DNA from: Actinobacteria bacterium UBA4426
GTDB lineage: Bacteria > Actinomycetota > Actinomycetes > S36-B12
Length of the DNA stretch: 64,000 nucleotides
Direction of reading: 5' to 3'
Assembly (NCBI GenBank): GCA_002390705.1
Contig: DGQA01000031.1
Coordinates: forward strand, 10,923-74,922
Notes under the pieces: model-generated
What the model saw: the letters and a program-made list of their open reading frames with translations, nothing else
Told to the model about the DNA's origin: nothing
Databases searched by the model: none
Position numbers and translations under genes: made by a program
In this document: positions 1-8,184 of the stretch, in pieces
Layout of the letters: each line of letters opens with the position of its first letter
How positions within the stretch are numbered: position 1 is the first letter of the stretch

Positions 1-477
1 GAACAAGACATTATCCGCAACCATCAAGAGTGCGAAAGTTGCTATGCCCGCAGCCAATCCGCTGAGTCGCATCAAGAAAAGTCCAGTAATAAACGCGAGG
101 AACGCCCCGATCGCAACCGCAATGACCAAACTGGGGTAGATCCCCATATTGACCATCTTTAGTGGTTCCCACAGTTCGTCCAACACATTTTCTTTGATCC
201 GTACAGGCACTGTGAGAAGTCCCGAGGCAAAACCGCCGACCATAGCGAATGCGGCTTGGCCAAAAGACAGAACACCACTGTTACCGATGAGAACTTGAAG
301 GGCCAGCACCATGACAAGAAGTGCCAAGGTTCCTTCAGTAAGAAAAGCAAATGATGCCGACACTGAACTCGCAGCGTAGGCAACAATTACCACGACAAAA
401 ATTGGTCCGAGCAGTTGCTGCCACTGGAACCGGGTCACTCCGGGTAGTTGACTTGACGGCAGAAGATCGTTCGACAT
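1..477 (-). CDS. livM: Branched-chain amino acid ABC transporter permease (LivM-type), 5' part only; the gene runs off the window start
   Basis: Absent from the ORF track because it is open at the window edge. Hand translation of the minus strand from the ATG at 477-475 gives MSNDLLPSSQLPGVTRFQWQQLLGPIFVVVIVAYAAS...GQAAFAMVGGFASGLL..., an unbroken hydrophobic frame down to position 1. Its start overlaps the stop of the upstream LivH-type permease (TAATG). It is the fifth gene of a liv-type operon. Confidence 0.75.
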   Translation of the reverse strand, partial: MSNDLLPSSQLPGVTRFQWQQLLGPIFVVVIVAYAASSVSASFAFLTEGTLALLVMVLALQVLIGNSGVLSFGQAAFAMVGGFASGLLTVPVRIKENVLDELWEPLKMVNMGIYPSLVIAVAIGAFLAFITGLFLMRLSGLAAGIATFALLMVADNVLF

Positions 478-1349
478 TACACGCGCTCCTTGACTGCTTT
501 ATTAGAAATTAAGCCGCCAGGCCTCACCAACAAAACAATGATGACCAAAATGAAAAGCCAGGTGTACGTGTAAATTCGATAGTTACCCAAGAATGAGTTC
601 AGCAGACTGATCGTTGTGCCCACAGCGAAGCCGCCCAGTGCAGCTCCCTGGAGACTTCCAAGCCCACCAATCACAGTCCCCACGAGTGCCAGGATCGTGA
701 TGTTGACACCAAATAGTGGGTCGACCGACCCACGTTGGGTCACCAATACGAATGCAACCGCCGCCGCTAGTACGCCGCTGAAGACGAATGCAGCACCGAT
801 TACTCGGTTAGAGCGGACGCCGAGCAGCCGAGCTGTGTGAAAATCACTCGACGCAGCCCGAATTTGCAGACCGAGAGTTGTTTTCTCAATAAAGAACCAC
901 ATTCCACCAAGGAGTACCAGGGCAAGACCGATAGTCACCACACTACCGCGCGTAATCGTGGTGTCCCCGAACTCAATAACCCCGGTCATCCACGGTGCGA
1001 TTTGTCCCGAGAGTGGGAGTGCACCGAAAATCACTTCGTAGAGCCGCTGGAGGAACACGCTCACTCCGAAGGAAGCAATGAGTAGCACGGAGGGTTCAGC
1101 TAACCGTAATCTCTTGAAAACACTGAATTCCATCAGGAGAGCGAGGATGGCGGTTCCGGTTACGGCGATACCGATGCTTATGGGTAGGCCCAAGTCAATA
1201 GTTACTATTAATAGATAGGCTCCGATCGCGATCAGCTCACCGTGTGCGAAATTCACTAACCGCATGACACCAAAAACCAACCCAATTCCCAGTGCGGCTA
1301 ATCCGTACAGTCCACCGTAACTGAGTGCATCGAGGATTGTCTGAATCAT
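477..1349 (-). CDS. livH: Branched-chain amino acid ABC transporter permease (LivH-type)
   Basis: A 290 aa polytopic membrane protein (MIQTILDALSYGGLYGLAALGIGLVFG...NFAHGEL...), typical of LivH/BraD permeases. ATGA overlap with the upstream ATPase gene. Confidence 0.9.
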   Translation of the reverse strand: MIQTILDALSYGGLYGLAALGIGLVFGVMRLVNFAHGELIAIGAYLLIVTIDLGLPISIGIAVTGTAILALLMEFSVFKRLRLAEPSVLLIASFGVSVFLQRLYEVIFGALPLSGQIAPWMTGVIEFGDTTITRGSVVTIGLALVLLGGMWFFIEKTTLGLQIRAASSDFHTARLLGVRSNRVIGAAFVFSGVLAAAVAFVLVTQRGSVDPLFGVNITILALVGTVIGGLGSLQGAALGGFAVGTTISLLNSFLGNYRIYTYTWLFILVIIVLLVRPGGLISNKAVKERV

Positions 1350-2071
1350 TCGAGGTCCTCTCCAGTACCGAAATATGCTGCCGCAAGTTTTGCTTCATCT
1401 TGAGTGTCTTCGCGTGAAAGTGTTGCTCGCACCTGACCCTCACGGATGACAAGGGTGCGAGCGGCGATACTCATGACGAGGTGGGCGCGTTGCTCGACCA
1501 CAATAATTGCTGTTCCTTTTTCTTGAATTCGACTTAGCACACCGAACACATCTTGAATAACGGTCGGCGACAGGCCAAGACTTGGTTCATCCAGCATGAG
1601 GAGTTTTGGTTCGGAGACCAGTGCGCGGGCAATGGCGAGTTGTTGCTGTTGGCCACCACTGAGCAATCCTGCCTGATAGTTCCTATGGGTGGTAAGAACC
1701 GGAAATAAGTCAATTACTTCTTCGATTGCCTTCTGGGCTCCAGATTTTTCTCGTCGACCGGTGAGCCCTAAACGAAGGTTTTCATTGACGGTGAGGTCCG
1801 TGAAAATCGCGCGTCCCTCGGGCACTAAGGCCAGTCCTAATCGAACAATGTCTTCTGGGTTTTTGCTGCGGATTGATTCACCCTCGAATTCAATAGTTCC
1901 ATGGGACGCTTTCACAGCCCCAGCAATCGCGCCGAGGAACGTTGATTTTCCTGCACCATTGGGTCCAACGATTCCTACAAGCTCACCGGATTCGACATTA
2001 ATGTTTCCGTCAAAAAGAACGTGAACTTTGCCGTATCCTGCCTGAAGGCCTTTCACGTTAAGCAGGCTCAT
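1346..2071 (-). CDS. livF: Branched-chain amino acid ABC transporter ATP-binding protein (LivF-type)
   Basis: Walker A GPNGAGKST, ABC signature LSGGQQQ and Walker B LLMLDEPS. ATGA overlaps with both neighbouring genes. Confidence 0.9.
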   Translation of the reverse strand: MSLLNVKGLQAGYGKVHVLFDGNINVESGELVGIVGPNGAGKSTFLGAIAGAVKASHGTIEFEGESIRSKNPEDIVRLGLALVPEGRAIFTDLTVNENLRLGLTGRREKSGAQKAIEEVIDLFPVLTTHRNYQAGLLSGGQQQQLAIARALVSEPKLLMLDEPSLGLSPTVIQDVFGVLSRIQEKGTAIIVVEQRAHLVMSIAARTLVIREGQVRATLSREDTQDEAKLAAAYFGTGEDLE

Positions 2072-2814
2072 GCGCGACCGCCGTGCAAACCCATGGTGGC
2101 GTCACCTAAATAAGCTGTTAGCACTCCTTCATCGACTAATGCGTCGTGTGGTGTTCCTTCAAAGAGCATTTCACCTGAGGCTAGAACAAATACCCGTGTG
2201 CACGCATCAGCAACTAGGCCAACATTATGTTCGATCAACAACATCCCACAACCAGATTCGACGCGAATTGTTTCAAGAGCTGCAAGGAGGACGGGGGTTT
2301 CTTGGTCATTGAGGCCTGCGGCTGGCTCATCCATAATCAGGTAATCGGGGTTTGCTGTTAGTGCGCGTGCTAGACCCACTAGGCGAGAAAGCCCGTGGGA
2401 GAGCCCGCCAGCAGAATCAGTCCTTACCCCACCCAGGCCCAGTAATTCAATGGCATCAAGTGCCCGGCGGTTTGCTTTTTTAGTAGATTCCCCTGCGCCA
2501 ATTGCGCCCAGCACAATGTTCTCGGTAACAGAAAGCTCGGTAAAGAGTCGGCCAGATTGAAAAGTGCGTGCGAGGCCTGCTCGTGTACGAGCTTCAGGAG
2601 TGAGTCCATCGAGGCTGCGGCCATCCATGGAAACTGTGCCCGAATTTTGAGATTCATAACCCGCAATAATATTGACCAGTGTGGTTTTACCAGCACCATT
2701 GGGACCAAGAAGCCCCACTATTTCACCCTTGTTTACGGTGACGCTGACGTCTTCGAGCACCTGAATTGCTCCAAAAGACTTGACGATCGACACAGCTTTA
2801 AGAATCTGTGTCAC
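2068..2814 (-). CDS. livG: Branched-chain amino acid ABC transporter ATP-binding protein (LivG-type)
   Basis: Walker A GPNGAGKTT, signature-like LSHGLSRLVGLARAL and Walker B YLIMDEPAAGL. Lies in operon context with the liv permeases. Confidence 0.9.
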   Translation of the reverse strand: MTQILKAVSIVKSFGAIQVLEDVSVTVNKGEIVGLLGPNGAGKTTLVNIIAGYESQNSGTVSMDGRSLDGLTPEARTRAGLARTFQSGRLFTELSVTENIVLGAIGAGESTKKANRRALDAIELLGLGGVRTDSAGGLSHGLSRLVGLARALTANPDYLIMDEPAAGLNDQETPVLLAALETIRVESGCGMLLIEHNVGLVADACTRVFVLASGEMLFEGTPHDALVDEGVLTAYLGDATMGLHGGRA

Positions 2815-2880
2815 AAATATCTCCTGATAATTTGAGATGAGAAGTTACTAATCCCAAGACCACGGTACCCAAGTTGTGTA

Positions 2881-2919
2881 GCGGGCTGACGGAGTGAATT
2901 TCACGCTCCATCAGCCCGC
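2881..2919 (-). terminator. Intercistronic stem-loop between the binding-protein gene and the ATPase gene (attenuating terminator or mRNA stabiliser)
   Basis: Arms gcgggctgacggag (2881-2894) and ctccatcagcccgc (2906-2919) form a 14-bp stem with one mismatch and an 11-nt loop. It begins 9 nt after the binding-protein stop. No clear U-tract follows on the minus strand. Confidence 0.4.
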
Positions 2920-2927
2920 TCGTGCAA

Positions 2928-4196
2928 CTAGTTGAGAATTGGCTGCTCTGCAGCGCGGTACTCAATGAATGAGTGGGATCCGTCTTGCACTTGCATGACT
3001 GCCATCGGGCGAGTCACGTTAACGTGCAATTGCGGTGAGAAGCTCGTTGGTCCCGCGGTGAGATCAACGTTGTCGAATGCTTCCAACGCTGCTGCCAGAT
3101 CGGCACCATTTGTGGAACCAGCCTGCTCGGCTGCGAGTGCGAATGCTTCAATGCTTGAAGCTCCCGTGACTAGTCCACTGGTTGCCGCATCATTGCCAGT
3201 GAGACCCTTATAAGCCGACAGTAGTTCGGCGACCTTTGGATTGGGATCGTCACCGAATACGGATGCATATGTCACGAAGTAGAAATTAGACAGATCCGGA
3301 ACAGCTCCGAGCCAGAAAGCACCATCCATGCCAAAACCGGACACGACTGGTGTTTCAACGCCACCTGCTCGCAGTGCTGCTGCTGCTTCAGCGCCGCCAC
3401 CAGGGTAGGAGCACAGTGCAACAACATCAGGATTTGAATCCTTGATTTCCTTGACCTGCGCGGTCACAGGTGCTGCAAGTGAGCCTTCAGGTGTTTGGCT
3501 AAATTCAGGTGCCGACACAATTTCGCCACCCAATTGGATCCAGCGCTCTTCAAATACTTTGCACTGGTTTTGGGTGTATTTGATTGACATGTCTTTAAAT
3601 AGTGATGCCTTTGGACCAAATTCTTCAAATGCCCATTCGGCCATGATCGCTGCTTCACCCGGAACTGCAGATCCGAGCGAGAAGCCCAGTGTCAATCCTG
3701 CATCCGGTCCCATGATCGTGTCACCGACACAGGGAGCGATAACTAAGACGCCAGCGTCTTGAGCAACCTGGGAGGCTTTAGCGTTGATGTCGTAGTCGCA
3801 GGTCACAAGCATTAGCTGTGCACCCTGATCAATCAGATCCGTGGCGATTTGTGCCCCCTTGTCAGGGTTTGTTTCACCATCAACCTCAATGAGTTCTAGT
3901 TGACAGCCAAGAACGCCGCCAGCAGCATTGGTTGCATCAATTGCAATGCGCGCAGTGTCGAGCGCCGGTACATCGAACGGTGACATGAAGCCGGTTTGGG
4001 CCATGGCGGATCCGATCAAAATAGGCTCGGTGCATTCTTCAGCTACTTCTTCAGCTACTTCTTCAGTTGCTGTTTCTGCGGCTGTTGTCTCTGCCGTTGT
4101 TTCCTCTGCAGAGTCTGTGGTTGAGGCGCAGCCAGCGAGCACAAGGCTCAGGCTTGCAGCGACCGCGAGGATTCCCGCGGCTCTTCTATTCTTCAT
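2928..4196 (-). CDS. ABC transporter substrate-binding lipoprotein (Leu/Ile/Val-binding family)
   Basis: N-terminal signal peptide with lipobox LVLAGC, followed by an acidic T/E/A-rich linker (TAETTAAETATEEVAEEVAEE). A 422 aa periplasmic-binding-protein-like body. First gene of the liv-type operon. Confidence 0.8.
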   Translation of the reverse strand: MKNRRAAGILAVAASLSLVLAGCASTTDSAEETTAETTAAETATEEVAEEVAEECTEPILIGSAMAQTGFMSPFDVPALDTARIAIDATNAAGGVLGCQLELIEVDGETNPDKGAQIATDLIDQGAQLMLVTCDYDINAKASQVAQDAGVLVIAPCVGDTIMGPDAGLTLGFSLGSAVPGEAAIMAEWAFEEFGPKASLFKDMSIKYTQNQCKVFEERWIQLGGEIVSAPEFSQTPEGSLAAPVTAQVKEIKDSNPDVVALCSYPGGGAEAAAALRAGGVETPVVSGFGMDGAFWLGAVPDLSNFYFVTYASVFGDDPNPKVAELLSAYKGLTGNDAATSGLVTGASSIEAFALAAEQAGSTNGADLAAALEAFDNVDLTAGPTSFSPQLHVNVTRPMAVMQVQDGSHSFIEYRAAEQPILN

Positions 4197-4237
4197 CTGT
4201 TCTCCCTAGGTGTCGGTCCAGTTAACTGTGTGTCCCT

Positions 4238-4266
4238 ATTTATGCCACAATTCTGCCGTACGTCAA
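4238..4266 (-). promoter_or_regulatory. Candidate sigma-70-type promoter of the liv-type operon
   Basis: On the minus strand, TTGACG (4266-4261) is followed by a 17-nt spacer and ATAAAT (4243-4238). This is about 40 nt upstream of the RBS GGGAGA and the ATG at 4196. Confidence 0.35.
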
Positions 4267-4324
4267 GAAAACGACATGATTTGATGCCATATTGTCACCT
4301 AATTCGGTGCAGAATGCGGGCTTT

Positions 4325-4741
4325 TCACGTTTTTGCCAGAAAAGACTTGACAGTTGACTCTGGCCAAGGCTGCGAACCGCCACTGGGATCGGGGAAATGA
4401 ACGGCGGTGTGGCGCCCTTCAATACAGAGACCCCCCTCCAGATTTTCCACCACGAATCCAAAAGACACCGAAGATCGACCCACCGCAATCACACCCACAG
4501 TGACATTTACTTCCTGGTTGAACCAGATCCGTTCGCGGTAATCCACTTCAACGTGCACCCGGGGAATTGCACCGGTCAACTCTGTGGGGAGCCCAATCGA
4601 ACGTCGAAGTTCATGCTCTACTTCCTCTAACCATCGGATTGCAACGGAGAAGTGGTTATGGCCAGCGGCATCCGTATCCGCCCACTCCAACCGTTTAAGG
4701 ACCATTATCGACGCCCCGGTGATCTCTGCTTTGACAGACAT
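4325..4741 (-). CDS. Hotdog-fold acyl-CoA thioesterase (4HBT/YbgC-like)
   Basis: 138 aa, containing RLEWADTDAAGHNHFSVAIRWLEEVEHE. The conserved Asp and overall pattern match 4HBT-type thioesterases. A paralogue lies at 45728-46162. Confidence 0.7.
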   Translation of the reverse strand: MSVKAEITGASIMVLKRLEWADTDAAGHNHFSVAIRWLEEVEHELRRSIGLPTELTGAIPRVHVEVDYRERIWFNQEVNVTVGVIAVGRSSVSFGFVVENLEGGLCIEGRHTAVHFPDPSGGSQPWPESTVKSFLAKT

Positions 4742-4974
4742 GTGCGCATGGTAACAACAGGTGGCCGCTTTATGAGAGTGGAAATACGCTTACCACCGAG
4801 TCTGAATAATGCGGCTTGGTCCATCGACTTCTTGTGAAACGACAATCCGATCTGGGAATCGTTCCTTTATTTCGCTCACGTGGCTAATTACCCCGATGGT
4901 TTGACCGCCTGAGAGTGAGGTCGTCGAACGAGGGTCTGCCATTGATTCATCCATCACACTGATTCCAAGACCGG
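4709..4974. repeat. Left copy of a diverged direct repeat (thioesterase 5' end, intergenic spacer and sbcC 3' end) flanking the GC-rich block
   Basis: In my hand alignment, 4709-4912 matches 12702-12905 with 25 mismatches in 204 positions and no indels. 4913-4974 matches 13077-13138 with 7 mismatches in 62. The left copy lacks the 171 nt that correspond to 12906-13076. Confidence 0.85.
4790..4974 (-). pseudogene. sbcC: sbcC 3'-terminal fragment (truncated, with an internal deletion)
   Basis: The translation ...GLGISVMDESMADPRSTTSLSGGQTIGVISHVSEIKERFPDRIVVSQEVDGPSRIIQTRW parallels the C-terminus of the intact SbcC at 12783-15524 (...GLGISVMDESTGEPRPTTSLSGGETFY...GGRTIGVISHVSEMKDRFPDRIVVSREIDGPSRIIQTRS). 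It lacks the 57 codons between the two SGG sites and everything upstream. Confidence 0.85.
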
Positions 4975-5084
4975 CTGTCGACCTCGCTGGTCGTCTCCGC
5001 ACCGCCGTCTCCGTCGTTGCTGCCGCAGGCCACGGCTGCCCCTAGAAACACCACGCAGCTGAGAGCTGCCAGAAATCACTTCAT
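4975..5084 (-). pseudogene. Lipoprotein signal-peptide remnant (5' gene fragment with an in-frame TGA)
   Basis: The minus strand from the ATG at 5084 reads M K * F L A A L S C V V F L G A A V A C G S N D G D G G A E T T S E V D S. This looks like a signal peptide with lipobox AVAC, but codon 3 is TGA (5078-5076). The frame also runs out of frame into the sbcC fragment at 4974. Confidence 0.45.
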
Positions 5085-5191
5085 TGCCTACGCCTCTGAT
5101 CATTGACACACACCCAGATGAATGTCCATTTGATTCTTACTAATTACCGAACCATGTGTCAACGATCACAAAGAATCAATCGCAGTGATTC

Positions 5192-6163
5192 TCAGACGAA
5201 CCGCAGCACGGTCTTGCCCAGACTCTTCCGATCGAGCATTGCGCGCATGGCTGCGGCGATGTCTTCGACCGGAACGATCTGACGCACGTCGGGTCGGACC
5301 GCTCCTGATTCGACCAGCGGCATCAGTTCGTCCCACTGCTGCCGCGCGAACCCTGGATGCGCGCGCGTCCACGGACCCCAGGCAACACCGGAGACGTCGA
5401 TGTTCGCGAGTAGCAGGCGGTTCAGCCGGACCGACGGAATCTCGCCGGCGACGTACCCCAACGAGAGTAGCCGGCCACCGATGGTCAGCGAGCGCAAAGA
5501 CTCCAGCACGACCTGGTCGCTCCCGATCACATCGAGGACCACGTCCGCACCGAGGCCGCCAGTGAGGTCGCGGACGCGCTCGGCGCTGGCGCCCTCGATG
5601 ATCTCGTCGGCTCCCATCGTGGTCGCGAATGCGGCCTCCTCGGCCGAGGACACCATGCCGATCACCCTGCAGCCGAGACCGGCGGCGATCTGCACGGCGG
5701 CGGACCCGACACCGCCGGCCGCGCCGTTGACGACGACGACGGACCCCGGGCGGACCCGCGCCCGCACGGCCAAAGCGAAATGAGCAGTGAGGTAGTTGAG
5801 GGGCATCGCGGCGCCCTGATTGAAGTTGAGCGACTGCGGGAGCGGGAAGACCCGTTCGGACGGCACGGCGACCACCTCGGCCGCACTTCCGTACGCCGAC
5901 CAGCCGGCCACTCGGTCACCGGCAGTGAACCCGAGCGCTGCCGCGTCCTGGGAAACCACCCCTGCGAAGTCGACGCCAAGGACGAAGGGCACCTCGGGCT
6001 TGATCTGGTAGCGACCCTCGCTCATCAGTAGGTCGGGGTAGGAAAGGCCGACACTGTGCACCTCGATCAGAACCTCGTCCTCGCCGGCCACAGGAGCAGG
6101 ACCGATCTCGCCAACCCGAACGCCGTCGGGCCCATCCAGTGCGACGACCTGGGCAGCCCTCAT
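5192..6163 (-). CDS. NADPH:quinone oxidoreductase / zinc-type alcohol dehydrogenase superfamily (MDR) protein
   Basis: The true start is MRAAQVVALDGPDGVRV... (ATG at 6163-6161), forming an ATGA overlap with the upstream CoA-transferase stop. Contains the Rossmann motif AAGGVGSAAVQIA. The 133-aa Arg/Pro-rich N-terminal extension in the ORF track is read-through of the upstream gene. Confidence 0.85.
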   Translation of the reverse strand: MRAAQVVALDGPDGVRVGEIGPAPVAGEDEVLIEVHSVGLSYPDLLMSEGRYQIKPEVPFVLGVDFAGVVSQDAAALGFTAGDRVAGWSAYGSAAEVVAVPSERVFPLPQSLNFNQGAAMPLNYLTAHFALAVRARVRPGSVVVVNGAAGGVGSAAVQIAAGLGCRVIGMVSSAEEAAFATTMGADEIIEGASAERVRDLTGGLGADVVLDVIGSDQVVLESLRSLTIGGRLLSLGYVAGEIPSVRLNRLLLANIDVSGVAWGPWTRAHPGFARQQWDELMPLVESGAVRPDVRQIVPVEDIAAAMRAMLDRKSLGKTVLRFV

Positions 6164-7257
6164 CGGACCCAGCCGGTGAGCACATCCGAGACCGTCACAG
6201 GGCGAGCTCCAGGGGGTATCGGTGTGGTGGTGGTGGATCGGCTGAAGCGAGGTGCTGGCGCCGGTTGCGCTACCCCGTCGAGCTCGACGTAGGCGGACCG
6301 GCTGCGGGCATGCGCATCCTGGAGGGCCTCGCTGAAGGTGAGGACCGGAGTCGCGCAAGCGTCGGACCCCTCGAAGACCTGAGCCCAGGCATCGCGGGAA
6401 CGGTTGGCGACAGCGGCGGTGATCCGTTCGCGTATCCCCGGCCAGGCCGCGCGGTCGTATTGGTCGCCGATGGTGTCGGGATCGATCTCGAGGTTGGCCA
6501 GCAGGATCGCGAAGAACTTCCGTTCGATCGCGCCGATGGCCAGGTAGCGACCGTCCAAACAAGTGTAGGTGTCGTAGAAGGGCGCGCCTCCGTCCAGGAG
6601 GTTACTCTGCCGCTCCTCCGACCAGGTGCCGGCACCGCGCATCGCCCACATCTTCTGGGCGATGATGCCGATCCCGTCGACCATGGCGGTGTCGACGACC
6701 TGTCCGTGTCCGGACCGCTCCCGCTCCCAGAGCGCCGCCAGCAAGCCGGTCACCAGAACCATCGAGCCGCCGCCGTAGTCGCCTAGCAAGGTGAGCGGAA
6801 CCGGTGGTGGTCGGTCGGCCTCGCCGAGCGCGTGCAGGACGCCGGTTGCCGCCAGGTAGTTCAGGTCGTGGCCGGCCGACATCGCCAGAGGGCCCTCGCG
6901 CCCCCAGCCCGTCATCCGGCCGAGGACCAGCCGGGGGTTCAGCTCCTGCAGTTCCTGTGGCCCCAGACCCATTCGTTCCAGGACGCCGGGCCGGAAGCCT
7001 TCGAGGAGGACGTCGGCGTTTCGGCAGAGCTCGCGTAGGTCCTGCAGTCCGGCCGCGGACTTGAGATCGAGGGTCGTGGTGCGCCGGCCGCGCAGGACAT
7101 GGTCGACCGAGCCGGCCAGTTCGGCCATAGGCGAAGCTCCCGGCCTGTCGATCCGGACGACGTCGGCACCGAGGTCGGCTAGCACCATGGCGGAGTGCGG
7201 CACGGGTCCCAGCGCCGCCAGTTCCAAGACGCGGAGGTCGCTGAGCGGCCCTGTCAA
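6160..7257 (-). CDS. Family III CoA-transferase (CaiB/BaiF/Frc family)
   Basis: The N-terminus (L)TGPLSDLRVLELAALGPVPHSAMVLADLGADVVRIDRPG is the canonical family III motif. The proposed TTG start at 7257-7255 forms a TTGA overlap with the MaoC stop. The longer ORF-track version overlaps the upstream gene. Confidence 0.8.
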   Translation of the reverse strand: MTGPLSDLRVLELAALGPVPHSAMVLADLGADVVRIDRPGASPMAELAGSVDHVLRGRRTTTLDLKSAAGLQDLRELCRNADVLLEGFRPGVLERMGLGPQELQELNPRLVLGRMTGWGREGPLAMSAGHDLNYLAATGVLHALGEADRPPPVPLTLLGDYGGGSMVLVTGLLAALWERERSGHGQVVDTAMVDGIGIIAQKMWAMRGAGTWSEERQSNLLDGGAPFYDTYTCLDGRYLAIGAIERKFFAILLANLEIDPDTIGDQYDRAAWPGIRERITAAVANRSRDAWAQVFEGSDACATPVLTFSEALQDAHARSRSAYVELDGVAQPAPAPRFSRSTTTTPIPPGARPVTVSDVLTGWVR

Positions 7258-8114
7258 AGGAGGCCTCGGAAGTAGGCCTGGGCTTGGAGGTGAGTCTGAC
7301 CGGAGGGCCGGGCCACGTGGATCACGAAGCGGCGGGTGGCAGGGGCGGGCACCTCGTAAATGCGGTAGGTGAGAGCGTCGCCTGGCCATGCCTGAGCTTT
7401 CCAGCGGCAGACCAGTCGAGTCAGGTGGGCGGTGTCGTCGAGAGTCGAGAGAAGGGTGCCGACGACGCCGGCAGTCAGCATTCCGACTGCGAACGGACCG
7501 GGGTAGCCGCCGGCCTCGGCGAAGGCTTGGTCGTGATGGATCGGGTTGAAGTCTCCCGATGCCCCTTGGTACCGGACGAAGTCGGTGATGGTGAGCGGTT
7601 CGTCGGTCAACGCGAGGACTAGTTCATGGTCCTCAGGAGCGGACCAGGTCGGAACAACTGCCGTCGGGACAGTCCCGGGCGAACTCTGTTCGAGGAGGAT
7701 CGAGGTGGCACGCAGACTCGCCACCACGTCGTTTCCGCCAATGGGGACGAAGTTGGTGACGGTTTCTGTGAACTCCATCGTCCCGCGTCCACCGGGCTTC
7801 TCGTAGACCCGGTCGATGCGCTCGATGCCGGTCAACTCCGCGCCGATCGCGGGCGGGCCGGTGGAAAAGGTGAACTCCTGCTCCCCGTGCAGCACCCGGC
7901 GGTAGTCGCGATCGATGCCGTGCCAGGCGCTGTCTTCGGGCGCCAGCCAGAACCGGGCTGAGGCCAGAAAGGTCACCGGCGAGCAGACCGGGTGCGGCTG
8001 GTCCTTGGTCCAGGAGGTCGGGCGGGTCGCTCGGTGGAACTCTCGGCACTTTCCCAGCTCAACCGGCATCCGAAACGGTCGTCCGGTGCGACCAGCTAGG
8101 TCGCTCGTCGTCAT
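7254..8114 (-). CDS. Double-hotdog MaoC-like (R)-specific enoyl-CoA hydratase/dehydratase
   Basis: The C-terminal half carries the MaoC motif YQGASGDFNPIHHDQAFAEAGGYPGPFAVGML. The N-terminal half is a second hotdog-like domain. Confidence 0.8.
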   Translation of the reverse strand: MTTSDLAGRTGRPFRMPVELGKCREFHRATRPTSWTKDQPHPVCSPVTFLASARFWLAPEDSAWHGIDRDYRRVLHGEQEFTFSTGPPAIGAELTGIERIDRVYEKPGGRGTMEFTETVTNFVPIGGNDVVASLRATSILLEQSSPGTVPTAVVPTWSAPEDHELVLALTDEPLTITDFVRYQGASGDFNPIHHDQAFAEAGGYPGPFAVGMLTAGVVGTLLSTLDDTAHLTRLVCRWKAQAWPGDALTYRIYEVPAPATRRFVIHVARPSGQTHLQAQAYFRGLL

Positions 8115-8184
8115 GCTGCTGTCCGGCGACGGGGTGGAACATCCGAGCGCCCAGTGGAGGGTCGGGCGCCCGCTTGGCTTGATG

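Noticed and set aside
5076-5078. The in-frame TGA at codon 3 of the lipoprotein leader, considered as possible recoding (Trp or Sec).
   Set aside because: All other genes in the window use TGA as a stop. The ORF is truncated and runs out of frame into the sbcC stump anyway, so a decayed fragment is the simplest reading.
6164-6562. A 133-aa N-terminal extension of the quinone oxidoreductase ORF. Similar extensions occur at 7258-7389, 9691-9744, 10464-10709 and 16685-16975.
   Set aside because: The extensions overlap the upstream genes, are compositionally biased, and precede well-placed internal starts (ATGA/TTGA coupling, RBS GAAGGAG or GGGAG) at the positions where family homology begins.
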